Position numbers and translations under genes: made by a program. A DNA stretch of 64,000 nt from Thermodesulfobacteriota bacterium (GTDB taxonomy: Bacteria; Desulfobacterota; Desulfobulbia; Desulfobulbales; SURF-16), in NCBI GenBank assembly GCA_040755455.1, contig JBFMAY010000016.1, positions 16,199 through 80,198 on the forward strand, read 5' to 3'. This document shows, one piece after another, positions 60,763-64,000 of the stretch. Numbering within the stretch: the first letter of the stretch is position 1; each line of letters opens with the position of its first letter. Under the pieces are notes generated by a model, which was not told the origin of the DNA, did no database searches, and saw nothing but the letters and a program-made list of their open reading frames with translations.

Positions 60763-62475
60763 ATGGCAAATCTGATGCCGCAACACATCACCGTGATGTT
60801 TCTTTCCCTGGGGATTCTGCTCGGTGTTGCCCGTCTGCTGGGGGAACTGGCCCAGCGATGGCGCCAGCCCGCGGTGCTGGGGGAACTGCTCGCGGGCATT
60901 CTGCTTGGTCAGACCATCCTGGGCAGCATAGCACCTGAGATCAGCGCCTTCCTCTTTCCCCTGCACGGCCCCAGCGCCATAGCCCTGGAAACCATAGCCA
61001 CCCTGGCCATTGTCTTGTTCCTGATGGTAGCGGGCATAGAGGTCGATCTGTCAACGATCTGGCGGCAAGGCAAGGTCGGCTTGCGAGTCGGTATCGCCAG
61101 CATGATCATCCCGTTTCTTTGCGGCCTGGCCGCGGCCTGGCTGGCGCCCCGGTTCCTCGGCCGACACCCTGATGCCGATCCCTTCATATTTGCGCTGTTT
61201 TTCGCCATCGCCATGTCGATTTCCGCCCTGCCCGTCATTGCCAAAACCCTCATGGATATGAATCTCTACCGCAGCGATCTGGGCATGGTGGTGATCAGCG
61301 CGGCGATTTTCAATGATCTTGCCGGCTGGATCGTCTTCGCTGTCGTTTTAGGTCTCATGGGCGCCCCGTCCGGTAACGTCCACAATATCACCCTGACAAT
61401 TACGCTAACCCTGGCTTTTGCCGGCGCGATGCTCACCGCCGGCCGCTGGCTGATTCACAAGGTGCTGCCCTTTGTCCAGGCATACTCCCGCTGGCCGGGG
61501 GGCGAACTGAGCTTTACCCTTACCCTGGCGATCCTCGCCGCCGCCTTTACCGAGTGGATCGGCATTCACGCGATTTTCGGCGCCTTTCTCGTCGGCGTGG
61601 CCGTGGGCGATTCCTCCCACCTGCGCGAGCGCACCCGGGTTATCATTGAACAGTTCGTCTCGTTTATTTTTGCCCCGGTGTTCTTTGCCAGCATCGGCCT
61701 CAAGGTGAACTTTCTGACCCATTTTGACGGCCCCCTGGTGCTGACGGTCCTGGTGATCGCCTGCGTCTGCAAACTGGCCGGGGGCACCCTGGGAGCCCGG
61801 TGGGGAGGCATGCCCAGCCGCGAATCCTGGGCCGTGGGTTTTGCCATGAACTCCCGCGGAGCCATGGAGATCATCCTGGGACTGCTGGCCCTCGAGGCGG
61901 GCATCATCCCCCAGCGGCTGTTCGTGGCCCTGGTCATCATGGCCATCGTCACCTCGATGATGAGCGGTCCGGCGATGCAGCTCATCCTCCGCGAGATCAA
62001 AAAACACCGGCTGCGGGATGCCCTGTCATCAAAGCTTTTTCTGCGCAGTCTCAAGGCCAGCACCCGGCTGGAGGCCATCCACGAAATGACGGCGGCGGTA
62101 TGCGAGGTGACGGGCCTGGATGCGGCAGAGGTGGAGAAGGCCGTTCTGGCGCATAAGGGAAAATTATGCGACCGCACCGGCCCCAGCAACGGGGTGGCCA
62201 TTCCCCATGCCCGCATCGACGGCCTGACCGAGTCGCTGGTGGCGGTCGGGGTTTCCGCGACGGGCATCGACTTCAATGCCCAGGACAATAAGCCGGCCAG
62301 GGTGATCTTCCTTGTGCTCACTCCCAGCAACGATCCCAGGGCGCAGCTTGATATTGCTTCCGAAATAACACGGCTTTTCCACGACCGGCACATGCTCGAC
62401 CGGGTGCTTGGCGCAAAAAGCATCACGGATTTGCTGGCATTGATCCGCGCCTCTATGCCGGCCAAATCGGTGTGA
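60763..62475 (+). CDS. CPA2 cation:proton antiporter fused to a PTS EIIA(Ntr/Fru)-like domain
   Basis: About 12 TM segments (GELLAGILLG, FNDLAGW, MNSRG); C-terminal GVAIPHAR. Confidence 0.9.
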   Translation: MANLMPQHITVMFLSLGILLGVARLLGELAQRWRQPAVLGELLAGILLGQTILGSIAPEISAFLFPLHGPSAIALETIATLAIVLFLMVAGIEVDLSTIWRQGKVGLRVGIASMIIPFLCGLAAAWLAPRFLGRHPDADPFIFALFFAIAMSISALPVIAKTLMDMNLYRSDLGMVVISAAIFNDLAGWIVFAVVLGLMGAPSGNVHNITLTITLTLAFAGAMLTAGRWLIHKVLPFVQAYSRWPGGELSFTLTLAILAAAFTEWIGIHAIFGAFLVGVAVGDSSHLRERTRVIIEQFVSFIFAPVFFASIGLKVNFLTHFDGPLVLTVLVIACVCKLAGGTLGARWGGMPSRESWAVGFAMNSRGAMEIILGLLALEAGIIPQRLFVALVIMAIVTSMMSGPAMQLILREIKKHRLRDALSSKLFLRSLKASTRLEAIHEMTAAVCEVTGLDAAEVEKAVLAHKGKLCDRTGPSNGVAIPHARIDGLTESLVAVGVSATGIDFNAQDNKPARVIFLVLTPSNDPRAQLDIASEITRLFHDRHMLDRVLGAKSITDLLALIRASMPAKSV

Positions 62476-62719
62476 AGCGGCGGCGGGACCGTCCCACCGG
62501 CAGGGTTGAACCTTTTTCTCACATCGGATTCCCGCTTCAGGATTTTCACGATGCGAGAATAACGCCTGGCACGTCTATTCCGCCTTCCCCGACGGCCGCC
62601 TCGCCGTCCTTCCCTTCTCTGGACCGGGAAAGGATGCGACAATTTGCCCTATTTGCAAACACCCAATCTCATAGTAAGAATCTGTCAGGATAATTGAAAA
62701 AAAAGACAAACGGCCTGAT

Positions 62720-63712
62720 CTACAGGCGGTCGAGGGGGCTTTGCAGGCCCTGGATATCACGGGCCATGACATGAGTGTAAATTTCCGTTGTCTTCACGTC
62801 GGCATGGCCGAGGAGTTCCTGCAGTACCCGGATATTCACCCCCTGCTCCAGCATGTGGGTGGCAAAACTGTGGCGCAGGGTATGGCAGCCGATCTTCTTG
62901 TCGATCCCGGCCAGCTGCGCAGCCCGCTTTACCGCCTTCTGCAGCCCAGATTCAAGGACATGGTGGCGCATAATCTTGTCCGACCTGGGGTCTTTGGACC
63001 GCCCGCGCGCCGGAAAGACCCATTGCCAGCCTGTTTCCCGCGCGGCGTTCCGGTATTTGCGGGCCAGTCCTTCCGGGATTGACACCTCGCCGAAACCTTC
63101 TTCAAGGTCCCGGCGATGCAAAGCCTTAACGGCCATAACATGAGACTGCAGTTCGTCACGGATATTTGCCGGCAGGATGGTGGTTCGGTCCTTGCCACCC
63201 TTGCCGCCACGGACAAAGATCAGATTCTGACCGAAGTCCACGTCCTGAATGCGCAGCCGGATGCATTCCATGAGCCGCAAGCCGCTGCCATAGAGGAGCT
63301 TTGCCATGAGCAGATGCCTGCCCTCAATGAAGGAAAAGAGCCGCTGGATCTCAGAGACAACAAGCACGGTAGGCGGTCGCGGCAGCCGTTTACTGCGGAT
63401 CGGGGCGATTTCACCCGCGAGCGGTTTGTCAAGGACATCACGGTAAAGGAAGACGAGGGCGTTCAACGCCTGCCGCTGGGTTGCCGCCGACACCTTGCCT
63501 TCACTGGTAAGGTGCGAAAGAAAACTCTCCACATCCTTTGCACCGAGGTTGACCGGATGGGTCTTGCCGCCGAAATGATAAATATAGCGCAGAATCCACT
63601 GGCAATATGTCTGTTCGGTACGGTAGGCGTAATGATGGTAACGAAGGACCTCGCGCACCTGATCCATGAGCTTGAGTTTGGGATTGGGACGAAATTTGGG
63701 CTTATTTTCCAT
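62720..63712 (-). CDS. intI: Integron integrase (tyrosine recombinase, IntI)
   Basis: LYGSGLRLME, KGGKDR, IntI-specific insert GFGEVSIPEGLARKY...WQWVFPA, HTLRHSFATH, LLGH, TTEIYTHV. Confidence 0.95.
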   Translation of the reverse strand: MENKPKFRPNPKLKLMDQVREVLRYHHYAYRTEQTYCQWILRYIYHFGGKTHPVNLGAKDVESFLSHLTSEGKVSAATQRQALNALVFLYRDVLDKPLAGEIAPIRSKRLPRPPTVLVVSEIQRLFSFIEGRHLLMAKLLYGSGLRLMECIRLRIQDVDFGQNLIFVRGGKGGKDRTTILPANIRDELQSHVMAVKALHRRDLEEGFGEVSIPEGLARKYRNAARETGWQWVFPARGRSKDPRSDKIMRHHVLESGLQKAVKRAAQLAGIDKKIGCHTLRHSFATHMLEQGVNIRVLQELLGHADVKTTEIYTHVMARDIQGLQSPLDRL

Positions 63713-63731
63713 ATTAACCGTTTTAATATTT

Positions 63732-63873
63732 TAATAAGTGGAAATCAACCAGCAATTTGTAATAAGTGGACATAACAATGGACGTTTTTCCACTTTTCAT
63801 TATTTAATATCATAATAAGTGGAAAATCTTTCCGTCTATATGGATTGATATTATGGAAAGTTTCCACTTATTA
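63732..63873. repeat. Array of TAATAAGTGGAAA motifs upstream of intI (putative attI/promoter region)
   Basis: Direct copies at 63732-44, 63760-72 (1 mismatch) and 63813-25; perfect inverted copy at 63861-73; partial inverted copy at 63787-95. Confidence 0.75.
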
Positions 63874-64000
63874 ACACTGATAAGCTGACCGTGAGCTCCG
63901 CTGCGCTACGCCCACAGTCAGCTTATCGTCGGCTGTTGCGCTTCGCTCGAACGCTCCTTGACAGGCTCCGCTCACGCTCCGCCTATCAAGGGCCTTCGAG
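63871..64000. repeat. Two adjacent attC-like imperfect hairpins, possibly continuing past the window end
   Basis: GATAAGCTGAC (63879-89) / GTCAGCTTATC (63917-27) flanked by AAC and GTT; second stem CTCGAA..CCTTGA..AGGC / GCCT..TCAAGG..TTCGAG (63946-64000). Confidence 0.55.

Noticed and set aside
63732..63873. CRISPR array
   Set aside because: Repeats are only 13 bp, irregularly spaced and in both orientations; no cas genes.
1..64000. tRNA or rRNA genes
   Set aside because: No cloverleaf/T-loop patterns or rRNA signatures were seen in intergenic regions by eye; tRNAscan-SE and barrnap would confirm.

Overview
Chromosomal segment of a deltaproteobacterium. Desulfobacterota, probably Desulfobulbales-like, is inferred from gene content and is not proven. 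Left to right: an IS1634-family element inserted at TTAA; a HAMP histidine kinase plus NtrC-type sigma54 activator; a decayed FtsH protease fragment; a sigma54 promoter with an upstream inverted-repeat enhancer, driving two paralogous ~75-aa membrane microproteins that precede two tandem ImcH/NapC-like hexaheme cytochromes; a SprT/DUF2786 protein and a cupin; an LbtU-type porin with a His-rich helical secreted protein; an MCP; a VPLPA-CTERM protein; DUF3047; a hybrid kinase; a stand-alone IF2 C-terminal-domain protein lacking the GTPase; a GldA/GldF-GldG/DUF4340 ABC system; purC, mutL, an M23 peptidase, a GGR-family reductase, a small diheme cytochrome and tsaE; a convergent chemosensory/partner-switching cluster (SpoIIE-RsbW-STAS-CheA-CheW >< HEAT/REC-PilZ-CheR-CheB-HK-HDOD-Hpt); tsaC, a purD-purE fusion, TetR, greA, a giant TPR/beta-barrel protein, a DegT aminotransferase, rpoH, lepA and an antiporter-EIIA fusion; and finally an integron integrase with a repeat-rich upstream region and attC-like hairpins at the window edge. 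I saw no tRNA, rRNA or CRISPR array. The best candidates for an undescribed system are the sigma54-controlled microprotein/ImcH-like module (2705-10439), the G-domain-less IF2 paralog and the integron platform repeats. All family calls come from motif recognition by eye; no database searches were run.
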